Made by a program: the position numbers and the translations under genes
Part shown: piece by piece, positions 41,061-51,748 of the stretch
Layout: every line of letters starts with the position of its first letter
Numbering within the stretch: position 1 is the first letter of the stretch
NCBI GenBank assembly: GCA_963794945.1
Contig: CAWCFT010000001.1
Span: forward strand, 192,001 to 256,000
DNA length: 64,000 nucleotides
Origin: Endomicrobiales bacterium
Lineage (GTDB): Bacteria > Elusimicrobiota > Endomicrobiia > Endomicrobiales > CAWCFT01
Direction of reading: 5' to 3'
Notes under the pieces: model-generated
Seen by the model: the letters and a program-made list of their open reading frames with translations, nothing else
Databases searched by the model: none
Told to the model about the DNA's origin: nothing

Positions 41061-41881
41061 TGCGTATTGCGAAGATGCTTTTTGCGGGCTTGCTAATTGT
41101 TACCTACAGCCTTATTTCACTTATAGGGTCCGCGTTTCTGTTCAACAACCGCGCCCGCACGGTATTTTTAACAAAAACAACTTCATTTTTCTGCAATACG
41201 CTTTTAGCAGTGCTTGACATCACCGCTGTAGCATTGCACTCGCCTTTATGGCGGCAGGACAAGCCGTATCTGGTAGTGTCCAATCACTTATCTTATCTTG
41301 ATATTATTGCCATAGCGTCCACAATGCCGGCCGTTTTTGTGTCCAGCATGGAAATACGCGCGGCGGCCTTCCTGGGTTTCATCGCACGCTGCGGCGGAAC
41401 GATATTCATTGAGAGAAGAAAGAAAATGAAGAATTTGAAACGGGAGATCAGAACAATAACTGAAACACTGAAGCAAGGGCTTAATGTCGTGATATTTCCC
41501 GAAGGGACTTCTTCTAACGGTACAGGAGTTCTTCCTTTTAAGAGATCTCTAATGGAAACTGCGTTTCAATCCAACAGCGACGTTCTGCCTGTCTGCCTTA
41601 TGTATTCCCATGATAGCGAGAAGTTGTCCGGCCCGAGCAAAGAGTCCGTGTTCTGGTACGGAGATATGAAATTTTTTTCTCATTTTTTCAATCTTTTTAA
41701 ACAATCAAAGCTGGTAATAACACTGCAGATCATGGAACCGCTCAGGATTGACGCTTACGCTGACAGGAATTCTCTCACGGAAGACGCCTATCTTTCAATA
41801 GCGGCCGCTTACAACTGGCAGAAACCTTATGCTTACGAAAATGACCTGATAAACCCTATGGACCTGTCATTCGAAAGATAG
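41057..41881 (+). CDS. Lysolipid O-acyltransferase (PlsC/OlsA family)
   Basis: NHLSYLD, FIER, FPEGT motifs; overlaps the olsB stop codon. Confidence 0.88.
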   Translation: MMRIAKMLFAGLLIVTYSLISLIGSAFLFNNRARTVFLTKTTSFFCNTLLAVLDITAVALHSPLWRQDKPYLVVSNHLSYLDIIAIASTMPAVFVSSMEIRAAAFLGFIARCGGTIFIERRKKMKNLKREIRTITETLKQGLNVVIFPEGTSSNGTGVLPFKRSLMETAFQSNSDVLPVCLMYSHDSEKLSGPSKESVFWYGDMKFFSHFFNLFKQSKLVITLQIMEPLRIDAYADRNSLTEDAYLSIAAAYNWQKPYAYENDLINPMDLSFER

Positions 41882-41900
41882 ATCTATATCCGGCAAATAC

Positions 41901-41954
41901 TTAACAGATAATTAACATAATATTTATCCAGCCTTAATCTGGAATATGTATTAT
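41901..41954 (+). promoter_or_regulatory. Pho-box-like array and -10 element facing the GT21 gene
   Basis: TTAACA, TTAACA, TTTATC, TTAATC at 41901, 41912, 41923, 41934; TATTAT at 41949. Confidence 0.72.
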
Positions 41955-41955
41955 T

Positions 41956-43140
41956 TTGTTCAAATCTGCCTTAAGGAGCAGCGCATTGTTATATGTTTGC
42001 GAAACAGCAATGGGGTTCTCACTATTTGTCTACCTGGTCTATTTGTTTTTTACCACATATTTTAAAAACCCCGTAAAACACGTTGTGTATACTGACAAGA
42101 GTTACCCCAAAGTCAGCATTCTGAAACCATTGAAATATATCGACAATGATTTTGAAGATAATCTCCTGAGTTTCATCACACTTGATTATCCGGACTACGA
42201 GATACTACTTGGAATGGACAATTGCAGTATTGAAACAATAGATAAACTAAAACTTATATGTTCTAAATATCCAAACAATATTGTTAAGCTCATCGCAAAG
42301 AAGGGCTTCTCAAGAAGTAATCCAAAAATAGAAACTCTATCCGTCCTCGAAAGTTATGCCTCCGGAAGCCTTTACTGGGTGTCCGATTCCAACACAAGGG
42401 TCGGCAAAGATACACTCAAAATGCTGGTAAACGAATACCTTACAAATAAGTCAAAACTCATTTACTCCCCCATCTTCGGCACGGGCAGCAAAACCGCTGC
42501 CAGCGTCATGGAAAACTCTTACCTGAACCTTTTTGTTTCGGGAAGCATATTAACCGGCAATATTACAGCTAAACAGCATATAATAGTCGGCAAGTCCATG
42601 CTTATTGAAAGGAATGCTCTTGAAAAATTCGGCGGGTTCTCTTATTTTGGAAAGTATTTGGCTGAGGACTTCATGATAGGCAAGGAATTTTTGGAGAGAG
42701 GCATGTCAGTGTCAAGTAATTTTACTTGGATCACGAACTATGTTTCAAACTCTTCAATACCGAGTTTTGCGGCAAGGATGGCAAGATGGGCCAAGTTGCG
42801 GTTCCATCTCAACCCGCTAATTTACTGTTTAGAAATACTTACCAACCCCATAGGGCTGGGACTGATCTCTATTATGATGCTTGGCAAGGAAGCTCTACCA
42901 GCTGCATTATGCACAGCGTGCGCAAAAATTTTGATCGAGTACGCCAGCATGCTGATAATGAATCCGGCTGACGCCAGGAAACTCTGGATACTCTTATCTT
43001 TTCCTTTCGTTATATTGTTTAGAGATGCTATCTTGTTCTTCTATGTATACTTTATTCCCTTCATTTCGTATACAGTGTCCTGGGGAAACAGAACTATGAC
43101 CATTGGAAAGTACAGCATAATTAACGAAGCACGAGCTTAA
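41956..43140 (+). CDS. Ceramide glucosyltransferase-like GT21/HpnI family glycosyltransferase (start may be ATG 42010)
   Basis: PKVSILKPL, NPK, SDSN, LAEDF, RMARWAKLR motifs; N- and C-terminal TM helices. Confidence 0.82.
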   Translation: MFKSALRSSALLYVCETAMGFSLFVYLVYLFFTTYFKNPVKHVVYTDKSYPKVSILKPLKYIDNDFEDNLLSFITLDYPDYEILLGMDNCSIETIDKLKLICSKYPNNIVKLIAKKGFSRSNPKIETLSVLESYASGSLYWVSDSNTRVGKDTLKMLVNEYLTNKSKLIYSPIFGTGSKTAASVMENSYLNLFVSGSILTGNITAKQHIIVGKSMLIERNALEKFGGFSYFGKYLAEDFMIGKEFLERGMSVSSNFTWITNYVSNSSIPSFAARMARWAKLRFHLNPLIYCLEILTNPIGLGLISIMMLGKEALPAALCTACAKILIEYASMLIMNPADARKLWILLSFPFVILFRDAILFFYVYFIPFISYTVSWGNRTMTIGKYSIINEARA

Positions 43141-43153
43141 CAATCGCAGTAAT

Positions 43154-43672
43154 CTACAAATTCATCCAGTTCCAGGTTTTTGATTCTTCTTCCTCAAGCC
43201 AGTCCCCCGTGCCTGTCAGGTAGGAATAAACGTTTGCAATTGCCGAGATATGTTCGCTTTCCTGTTTAAGTATCCACTTAAAGAACGACTTTTCCGCTTC
43301 CGTTTTTGCGTTCTTGAGGAAGTTGTCGTAGGTCTCATAGCCCTTCCGCTCCATGTCCATCGCCAGCTCGTAGCCTTCGATACCCTCTTTGTTCTCTTTG
43401 AGTTTAGCCTTGCCAAGCTTTTTAAAGAAATCCTTCAACACCGTTTCGATCGAAGGAGCGTCAATGGGCTTTAGTGTGAAATCCTCTTTAGAACCAAATC
43501 CGCTGTACGTCTCGTCGGCCTTTCTCGCATGCTCTATCTCCTCGCCACCCAGCGAATAGAACAACTTTTTGCCGAGCGGGTTGTCCGTTTTAGCGGCAAG
43601 CTCCATGTACATGTCCACGCCCTTTTTCTCAAAATCCAGCACGAATTTCAACGCGTCGTTTTTCTTTTCCAT
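43154..43672 (-). CDS. Rubrerythrin/ferritin-like protein
   Basis: FEKKG..Y, EEIEH, MERKG..Y, QESEH di-iron pattern. Confidence 0.85.
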   Translation of the reverse strand: MEKKNDALKFVLDFEKKGVDMYMELAAKTDNPLGKKLFYSLGGEEIEHARKADETYSGFGSKEDFTLKPIDAPSIETVLKDFFKKLGKAKLKENKEGIEGYELAMDMERKGYETYDNFLKNAKTEAEKSFFKWILKQESEHISAIANVYSYLTGTGDWLEEEESKTWNWMNL

Positions 43673-43736
43673 GACAACCTCCTAGACTAATTCAAAATTG
43701 AAAATTATAATATTATAAAATTCAACCCTCAAATCT

Positions 43737-46700
43737 TCAATCTTTAATCTTTAGATCTTCCAATTTATCTTGTTTCTTCTTCCACAAAAAATATACCGCG
43801 GGATAGACCAGCAGTTCCATAAGGAATGACGTAAATATCCCGCCAACCATCGGCGCTGCAATGCGTTTCATGACATCCGCGCCTATCTCGTGCGACTGCG
43901 CCCACATGATCGGCAGAAGCCCGATGAAGAGTACTGCCGCTGTCATAAGTTTTGGGCGTATCCTTTTTACGGCCCCGTGCCACACGGCGGCCTTAAGGTC
44001 GTCAATGGTCCTTAGAAGGCCGTTCTTTGCCGCCTCGTCGTGCGATAGGTCAAGGTATAACAGCATAAAAATACCCGTCTCAGCGTCAACACCGAGCAGC
44101 GCTATGATACCCGACCACACGCCTATCGAAAGGTTATAGCCAAGAAGCAGAAGTATCCACACCGCGCCTATGAGCGAGAACGGCACCGCCAACAGTATGA
44201 TAAAGGTTTTCGTATAAGACCTTGTGCTTAAGTAAAGCAGTATGAATATAATGAACAGCGTCAGCGGCACTACCACCTTCATGCGCTCTTTGACACGTTC
44301 CATGAACTCGAACTGGCCGCTGAACTCAATGGAATAACCGGGTGGAAGCGCGACCTCTTTTGATATCATTTTTTTCGCGTCCTCAACATAACTGCCAAGG
44401 TCCCTGCCCGCGACATCGACGTAGACATAGCCCGTTAGCCTGCCGTTCTCGTCCCTTATCATGCCGGGTCCTGTCTCGGTTTTGATATCCGCGATCTCGT
44501 AAAGCGGTATCTGAGCGCCTGACGGTGTAGCTATGTATACCCTCTTTATCTTTTCTATGTCGTTCCTAAGTTCTCTTGGATAGCGGACGTTGACCGGGAA
44601 CCGTTCCCTGCCCTCGACGGTCTGGGTAACGTTCTCTCCTCCGATGGCCGCCATTATGTTATTGCCCACGTCTTCTACGGACAACCCGTACCTCGCTATA
44701 GCTTCCCTGTTGAGGTTAAAATTGACGAAGTAGCCTCCGGCGGTACGCTCGGCGAACGCGCTCCTTGTGCCTTTTACCATCGAGAGATGAGACTCGATCT
44801 CTTTGCCTATTTTTTCAACCACAGCAAGGTCGTCACCATATATCTTTATACCGACCGGGGTCCTGATACCGGTCGAGAGCATGTCTATCCTGCCTTTTAT
44901 CGGCATGGTCCATGCGTTAACTACACCCGGCAGCTTGAGCTTGGCGTCCATTTCGGAAATGAGCTCGTCCCAGCTTATCCTGTCCGGCCAGAACATTTCT
45001 CAGTGGGCCTGACATGAAATCAGGCATAAAGCTGTACCACCTGTCCTTCCGGCGCCACTCGTTCTGCGGCTTAAGAACTATCGTCGTCTCCATCATTGAC
45101 AGCGGCGCGGGATCGGTCGACGTTTCCGCCCTTCCCGCTTTTCCAAATACTGTCAGCACCTCAGGGAACGACTTTAGCAGTTTGTCCTGCGCCGTAAGCA
45201 GTTCCTGGGCCTGTGAGATGGAAATTCCCGGCAGTGTCGTGGGCATGTAAAGTATTGAGCCCTCGTTAAGCGGCGGCATGAACTCTTTGCCCAGCATAAA
45301 AAAAGCTGGAATAGTAAGGATGAAAGCGAGGATCGCCACCGCTATGACCTTATAAGGATGCTTCAGTACCGCATCTACAACAGGCCCGTATATCTTGAAA
45401 AGGAAGCTCGATATCGGGTGTTTGTCTTCCGAATGTATCTTGCCCACTAGTATAATGTTCGTAATCGAGGCTAGCCACTTTGGCTTGAAATCGTAATTTT
45501 TGAGGCGCGTAAAAAGCATCCTTATGGCCGGATCGAGCGTTATGGCGAGCCCCGCCGCAAAGAGCATTGCGAAATTTTTAGTGAATGCCAGCGGTTTGAA
45601 AAGCCTGCCTTCTATCCCCTCGAGCGAGAATATAGGTATGAACGCTACGGCTATAACTATAAGCGAAAAGAACGAAGGCCTTGCGACTTCCTTTATGGCT
45701 TTCAGGAGGATTTCTTTGTAGTCGCCTTTCTGGCCGCTCTCCTGCCAGAGCGCAAGCTCCTTATGCGCGTTTTCAACAACAACGATCGCGGCGTCCACCA
45801 TAGCGCCTATAGCGATGGCTATGCCTCCAAGCGACATAACGTTAGACGTTAGTTTCATGTAATACATAGGTATAAAAGCGAAAAGAACCGCGATGGGAAG
45901 GGTAATTATGGGTATAACTGCCGAAGGAAAATGCAGGAGGAATATGAGTATGACAAGTGAAACGACCAGCATTTCTTCAATAAGTTTTTTGCGGAGCGTG
46001 GCGATAGCCCTGTTTATGAGTTCGGAACGGTCGTAAACAGTAACTACCTTGACCCCGTCAGGCAGTTTTACTTGAGCTAGCCTTTCCTTTACACGTTCAA
46101 TAGTGTTCAAGGCGTTTTCGTTATAGCGCATTACCACTATCCCGCCAACCACTTCCCCGTTGCCGTTGAGTTCGGACACCCCCCTTCTTATATCCGGCCC
46201 AAGCTCTACCGCGGCGACATTCTTTACCTTAACCGGGACGCCGTTAACTACTTTAAGCACAGCCTGCTCTATGTCTTCCTTTTTATTGATGTAGCCCTTC
46301 ACCGTAAGCATATACTCGGTGCCGGAAAACTCTATAACCCTCGCGCCCACCTCCTGGTTAGAGCTCTTTACCGCGCTAACCACCGCCGAGATCGGTATCT
46401 TATACTGCTGGAGGGCCACGGGGTTAACAATAACCTGGTACTGTTTGATGTAGCCCCCTATAGAAGCTACCTCGGCCACGCCTTTGACCAACTGTAGGGC
46501 GTATTTCAGGTGCCAGTCCTGGAACGTGCGGAGCTCGTCAAGTGTGTGCTTGCCCGACTGGTCAACAAGTGCGTATTGGTATATCCAGCCGACGCCTGTC
46601 GCGTCCGGGCCCAGTTCTACTTTTGCGTCCTGCGGCATCTGCTGGTTGACCTTAGAAAGGTATTCAATCACCCGGGAGCGGGCCCAGTAAACGTCAGTGC

Positions 46701-46995
46701 CGTCCTCAAAAATAACGTAGACGTATGAGAAACCATAATCCGAAAAGGCTCGTATGTCTTTTACTTTCGGAGCGCCAAGGAGCGCGGAAACGATAGGATA
46801 TGTTACCTGATCCTCGATAACCCGCGGAGGCCGGTCCCACTTGGTATAGATGATAACCTGAGTGTCGGTAAGGTCGGGTATAGCATCAAGCGGTATATTC
46901 TTTATAGCCCAGACCAACCAGGCGATCATAGCCGCGACGCCCAGGAACACGAACGCCTTATTCTTAGCCGACCATTCAATGATTTTTTCGATCAT
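43737..46995 (-). CDS. cusA: CusA/CzcA heavy-metal RND permease (frameshift near 44992)
   Basis: LDAIPDLTDTQV, GPDATGVGW, AIGAMVDAAIVVVEN, EFMPPLNEG; second part WTMPIKGRIDMLSTG, RIRPKLMT. Confidence 0.93.
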
Positions 46996-47031
46996 TTTGT
47001 TAACCTAATTCTTCTGTGTTATTGCTGAAAA

Positions 47032-48271
47032 CTATTTTTTACCACCCATATCCATACCTTTCATGCCGTTCATTGCGCCACTACCCTGATTTTCCGGGGC
47101 AGCGAAGCTGGCTCTCCGAATCCAGCATAAAATTGCCTTCAGTCACTACAAGGTCGCCCTTCTTTAAACCGCTTGTTATCTCAACATAATCGTCGCCTGC
47201 AAAACCTGTCTTGACATCACGCGGTTCATATTCTCCGTTGCCGTAGTCAATGTACACTACCTTTCTTAATCCAGTGTCGATGACCGCTGTTTTAGGCACC
47301 GCAAGGGCCGAGCCATGCGAGGTTTTTAAATCGATATTCGCGAACATTTCAATTTTCAAAAGGTTACCAGTGTTATCCGCAAGTATCCTTGCCCTGGCCG
47401 AACGCGTCTCCGGGTTTATCGCCGGCTCGATGTAAATTACTTTGCCGTGGAACTTTACGTTTGGAAAGGCATCTACCACCGCAGTTACTTTTTTGCCGGG
47501 CTTGATAGACTCCAGGTCACCCTCGTAAATATCAGCGAACATCCAGGCTTTGTCTCCGGGGTATAGCAAAGTATTGTCAGGTTTACCCTGCTGCTCCAGT
47601 TCTTTAATAGCGTTATCGGTGTATCCGAGAAGCGAGAGGCGGAATTTCGTGGCATCAATTATCCTGCTTATCGAGCTTGAGTTCTTGTAGCTGAGAAGGT
47701 ATTCCTGCTGGGCAACGTAAAGGTCGTTGTCGTAAGCCACTTTCGCAGGCAGGCGGACAGTTTTGTTTATTTGTTCAAAGCGCGCGGGCTGGCTTTTGAG
47801 CCCGAGCAGTTTAACCTTGGCCGGTTCAACCGTTATCCTGCCGCTTTCTTTTTTGTAAACTGGCACAAGGTCCATACTGCATATCGGGCACTTGCCCGGG
47901 CCGTTCTCTTTTACCTGCGGGTGCATGGGGCAGGTCCAATAAGCAATTTCTTTACCGCCGGCATTTTTCCCCATGCCATTCATTTCCGGCGCTGGGCTGA
48001 TAGCGTTGTTCCCGGCAAGCAAACCGAGCTTCTTTTTGAAGTCGACAGAGCATTCCGGACAGCAAAGAAAATAGGTTTTACCCTTGTAATCCACGGCCTT
48101 TGTATCCTTGCTTACGTTGAACACATTGTTAGTGACCGGGCATATCGCCTGCATGCCTATTTCTGTTGCCCTGGCGGGGCGCAGTTTATATTCTCCTGAC
48201 TTGGAACAGGCTGCTGAAACCAGAAAGAGAATAACTCCGAAAATTATTGCCTTGGAATAATAGCGTCCCAT
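47032..48271 (-). CDS. cusB: CusB-like RND adaptor with N-terminal YHS and heavy-metal-binding domains
   Basis: Lipobox, CPV...CCPEC, WTCPMHP...CPICSMDL, AVIDTG. ORF track ends at 47081; a Met-rich tail (GAMNGMKGMDMGGKK*) continues in another frame to 47032. Confidence 0.88.
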
Positions 48272-48301
48272 TTATTTCTCCAGTTTTTTCTTTTTTATAT
48301 T

Positions 48302-48562
48302 CTAACGCATTGATTTAATAAGTTCAAATAGCTGCGGCCCTTTTATTACCGCGATCACGGCGAGCACTATTATATACAATGACCCTAGAGCTATCGCCGC
48401 ATAAGCTAAATTCCTGCCTCCGGTCTGCCTTTCTTCTATCTCCCTTAAGGCAAGCGAACCGAACACTATGGCTATTACGGCTTTTTCGAGGCCAAACAGC
48501 TGAACAAACGAGCAAACCCCTACCGTGAATGCCGCGACTGCCAATCTTGATCTTGTGTTCAT
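48302..48562 (-). CDS. Small membrane protein (DUF4190-like)
   Basis: AIVFGSLALREI...GRNLAYAAIALG; ATG adjacent to the anti-sigma stop codon. Confidence 0.65.
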   Translation of the reverse strand: MNTRSRLAVAAFTVGVCSFVQLFGLEKAVIAIVFGSLALREIEERQTGGRNLAYAAIALGSLYIIVLAVIAVIKGPQLFELIKSMR

Positions 48563-48563
48563 T

Positions 48564-49070
48564 TTATTTCCTCTCTTTGCAGTTGCATTGCGCGCCGGGC
48601 TTGTCCTTACAACACTCGCAAAGCCTGTTCGCGCACCTATCACAGAATTTTGAGAAATTAGCCGGGCCGAATAGTCCGTCTTTCGTATAACCGGCAAGGG
48701 TACTTTTTGCTATTTCTGATATGCTGGCGCCATAAATGGCCGGCGATACCAGCGAGAACAAAGAGAATATAACCAGTAAAAAAGAAATACCGATCGGCAC
48801 AGGCGTCCATTTAAATACCGGCAAGAAAGGCCTCTGTTCCTGGGTATCGTAAGTTCTTGCCTTTGCCCAAAATTCCGCTCGGAACCTGGGTGATATCCTT
48901 ATAAATATTGATTGTTTTTTCAACAGGTTGTGCTGTTCAGTAAGCGCAGAGAGTTGTTCCCTGCAACCCGGACACTTATCCAGATGCTCTTCCAGGGTCG
49001 CATTTTCCCCAGGCGTCAACTCTGAGTCCATATAAGCGGAAAGCTTTTTCGATACGGTATTGCAGTTCAT
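48564..49070 (-). CDS. zf-HC2 anti-sigma factor with Cys-rich C-terminus
   Basis: LSAYMD.EL...HLDKCPGC, one TM helix, CDRC...CECC...CNC. Confidence 0.85.
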   Translation of the reverse strand: MNCNTVSKKLSAYMDSELTPGENATLEEHLDKCPGCREQLSALTEQHNLLKKQSIFIRISPRFRAEFWAKARTYDTQEQRPFLPVFKWTPVPIGISFLLVIFSLFSLVSPAIYGASISEIAKSTLAGYTKDGLFGPANFSKFCDRCANRLCECCKDKPGAQCNCKERK

Positions 49071-49245
49071 GTTTCACCTCTACTATATTAAACGACAAAA
49101 GGCAGGAAAACTTGCGGTGTGTTCACTGTTATATTACAAATGCCTATCGATATCTTATACAAATATCGTGCTATTTTTACAACTATATACTTCGGCTGAC
49201 GGCTGGCTTATTTCTACCGGAAAGTGGTTGTGGAAGGCTGGCCAG

Positions 49246-49386
49246 TTAAAATAGGATTCCCCTGCATCCGCCGCAATGCACACAATTGGCGCACCTGATC
49301 CTTTTTACGGGCTTTACGAAGTCATATTTACTGTTCCGTTTGAACGCTTTTTTAGGTATTTTTTTTGATGTTTTTTTCTTTTTCAT
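49246..49386 (-). CDS. Unannotated 46-aa basic protein with CxxCxxCxxC
   Basis: MKKKKTSKKIPKKAFKRNSKYDFVKPVKRIRCANCVHCGGCRGILF*; GGAG RBS in the end of the sigma gene. Confidence 0.62.
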   Translation of the reverse strand: MKKKKTSKKIPKKAFKRNSKYDFVKPVKRIRCANCVHCGGCRGILF

Positions 49387-49387
49387 T

Positions 49388-49972
49388 TCACACTCCGGAT
49401 TTAAGTGTTTTGGCAAGATTTTGCCTCGCCCGAAATATCAGAGACTCGACGGATGCTAAGGAACAGCCGAGTATTTCAGCTATTTCTGCATACGACTTGT
49501 CTTCATACACTTTCAAAGTTATAGCGAGCCGCTGGTTGTCCGGCAGTTTTGAAAGCCCAGCATTCACAAGTTCTTTTTCCGCAGAGCTTTCAGCCGCCGT
49601 CTCCGGGGCTACCGAATGTACGTCTTCAACTTCAATATTTTTACCCTCGCCGTCATTTTCACGGGCACTAACGGGTTTTGCGCCCCATATAGCGTTGTGT
49701 TTTCTTTTCTTTAGATGATCGAGCGAAAGGTTTGAGGCTATTCGGTACAGCCATGTAGAGAACTTAGCGGATGGGACGTACGATTTAGCCGACTTATAAA
49801 CCCTTAAGAATACTTCCTGCGCGACATCTTCGGCTTCCCGTGCATCGTGAGTGAAGCGGTAAACATAATTGATAATTGGGCCTTCATATTTTGCAAGCAG
49901 GGCATTAAAAGCGTTTTCATCGCCGTTTTTAAAGGCTGCCATCATCTCCGCGTTTGCATCTTTTGGTATCAT
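49388..49972 (-). CDS. ECF sigma factor
   Basis: AEDVAQEVF, FSTWLYRIA, SYAEIAEILG, VESLIFRAR. Confidence 0.94.
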   Translation of the reverse strand: MIPKDANAEMMAAFKNGDENAFNALLAKYEGPIINYVYRFTHDAREAEDVAQEVFLRVYKSAKSYVPSAKFSTWLYRIASNLSLDHLKKRKHNAIWGAKPVSARENDGEGKNIEVEDVHSVAPETAAESSAEKELVNAGLSKLPDNQRLAITLKVYEDKSYAEIAEILGCSLASVESLIFRARQNLAKTLKSGV

Positions 49973-51727
49973 CTATGCCTTAGTGTGTTTTTCTATCAAT
50001 ATGTAATACGGCCCGAATGGGCATTCCACATCATAGTTTTGCCGTATGAATTCGTCAAGAACTCTGACCCCTGAGCTTACGGAACTCTCGTTTGGCTCGC
50101 TTATGAGCGGGTTCTCCTTGAGCACGATCTTTGTATCTTTTTGTTGCTGCAGCTCCCTGATTATCTCCGATTGCGCTTCCAGAGTCGTGACTACGCCGGG
50201 ATGCAGTTCGTGATATCTTGTCGCGCAGTTATACCCGGCGAAGAAGTAGATCAATACGTTATTAACGCTTAAGATGTCGTGCCGCATACTTCCGATAAAT
50301 AGCTTTTGGGTTTTAGGCGTTTGGCTCTCCAGATAATTAACTGTTAAGTACATATTTTTTTCCGCTCCGAACGGGACCACTATACCTTTTGCCTGAGGAA
50401 ACAGAGATCCACAAAAACCTTCTGGCGTCCCGAATGTCGGAAGCAAGGAGCTTGTTTTTATATTAAAAGCGCACAGCGTGACTACGACCAATACAGCCGG
50501 CACAATCCATATATAGGGAATACTTTTCTTCCCTTGCCAGGACACCCTGACAGCCATTATTAGAGCGGTAATGAACAAAATGAAAATCGGGACATTAAAA
50601 AATGGCCTATAAAACCCTTCCGCCCCGTATTTTAAGAACGATATTCCTAATGTTACGTTAGCGATAAGTATCAAAACAGCCGCACATTGTAAGAATATGT
50701 CCGGCTCTTCTAATGCCGAGGCTGAAAGGAAAACTGAAAGAATAACGCAAACCGCCACCGTCAAGAACATATGGGCATTATCTGCCCTTGTCTTTGATTC
50801 TAAAAACAACATCATGCCCAAAGCCATGAACATAAGCGATATTTTATCAGTTGAAGAAATATTTTTTAACCTGTCCCTCAACGCTTTCCGCGACTGTACA
50901 ACTACCGTCAATATGAATACCAACACTGGATAATAGAACGGGAATGCGTCAAACGAGATATTAAAAGCAGGGAAAGGTAGTCGCCTGAAGTCCGGGAATA
51001 TTTCTAGAGGAAAACGCACAAATTGATCAAGCAATTCTTTTATCGGTACGTTCCACATAAAATACAGCCCGGCCGGCAATACAAAACATATCATACCAAG
51101 AATATATATTTTGTTCCTGCTTAGGCCATTTTTAGGATCTTCTATAAACAGATAGGCTATTGTCGCGATAGCTGCTGCCAGCCCAAACTCATGTTTAAAC
51201 AAGATAGTGCACCCGGCTAAAATTCCGGCAACGAACAGATTATTCTTGCGAATGACAAACCCGGGGCCAATGATAACATTAACTGATAATAGATAGAACA
51301 ATCCTGCTGTCGTGAACGCCATTCCGTACACCGGCCCGCAGAACCCGAATGACAAAGCGATGAGCGCCGCCACAGCAAGCGCGTACTGCCACTTCATAAC
51401 TTTTTTTGTCAAGAACCAGACTATTAAAGGGAACAGGAACACGACAACTCCGCCATAGACCCTTTGCACCAGTAGATTTTCACCGAATGCCCTGAACAAC
51501 AGGGCCTCGAGATAGAAATTCCCCGGAGCGTAGCATGTCCAGAAATCCCTGTAGGGCATCTCGCCATGGAGCACCCTGCTTGCACCGAACGCGGCGATAC
51601 CGTCGTCGTAAATATTATAGCCTATATTATAATTGGAATAGATAAAACACAAGTTGAAGATTAGAAAGGACGATATCAGGATAGTTTTAGTATTGAATAG
51701 TGTTAGAAGACCTCTAAATCTTTCCAC
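49973..51727 (-). CDS. Polytopic GT-C/ArnT-like membrane glycosyltransferase
   Basis: YDDG after TM1, PYRDFW..YAPG, FKHE, many TM helices. Confidence 0.65.
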   Translation of the reverse strand: MERFRGLLTLFNTKTILISSFLIFNLCFIYSNYNIGYNIYDDGIAAFGASRVLHGEMPYRDFWTCYAPGNFYLEALLFRAFGENLLVQRVYGGVVVFLFPLIVWFLTKKVMKWQYALAVAALIALSFGFCGPVYGMAFTTAGLFYLLSVNVIIGPGFVIRKNNLFVAGILAGCTILFKHEFGLAAAIATIAYLFIEDPKNGLSRNKIYILGMICFVLPAGLYFMWNVPIKELLDQFVRFPLEIFPDFRRLPFPAFNISFDAFPFYYPVLVFILTVVVQSRKALRDRLKNISSTDKISLMFMALGMMLFLESKTRADNAHMFLTVAVCVILSVFLSASALEEPDIFLQCAAVLILIANVTLGISFLKYGAEGFYRPFFNVPIFILFITALIMAVRVSWQGKKSIPYIWIVPAVLVVVTLCAFNIKTSSLLPTFGTPEGFCGSLFPQAKGIVVPFGAEKNMYLTVNYLESQTPKTQKLFIGSMRHDILSVNNVLIYFFAGYNCATRYHELHPGVVTTLEAQSEIIRELQQQKDTKIVLKENPLISEPNESSVSSGVRVLDEFIRQNYDVECPFGPYYILIEKHTKA

Positions 51728-51748
51728 GGCACCTCACGGCCAGGTTTG

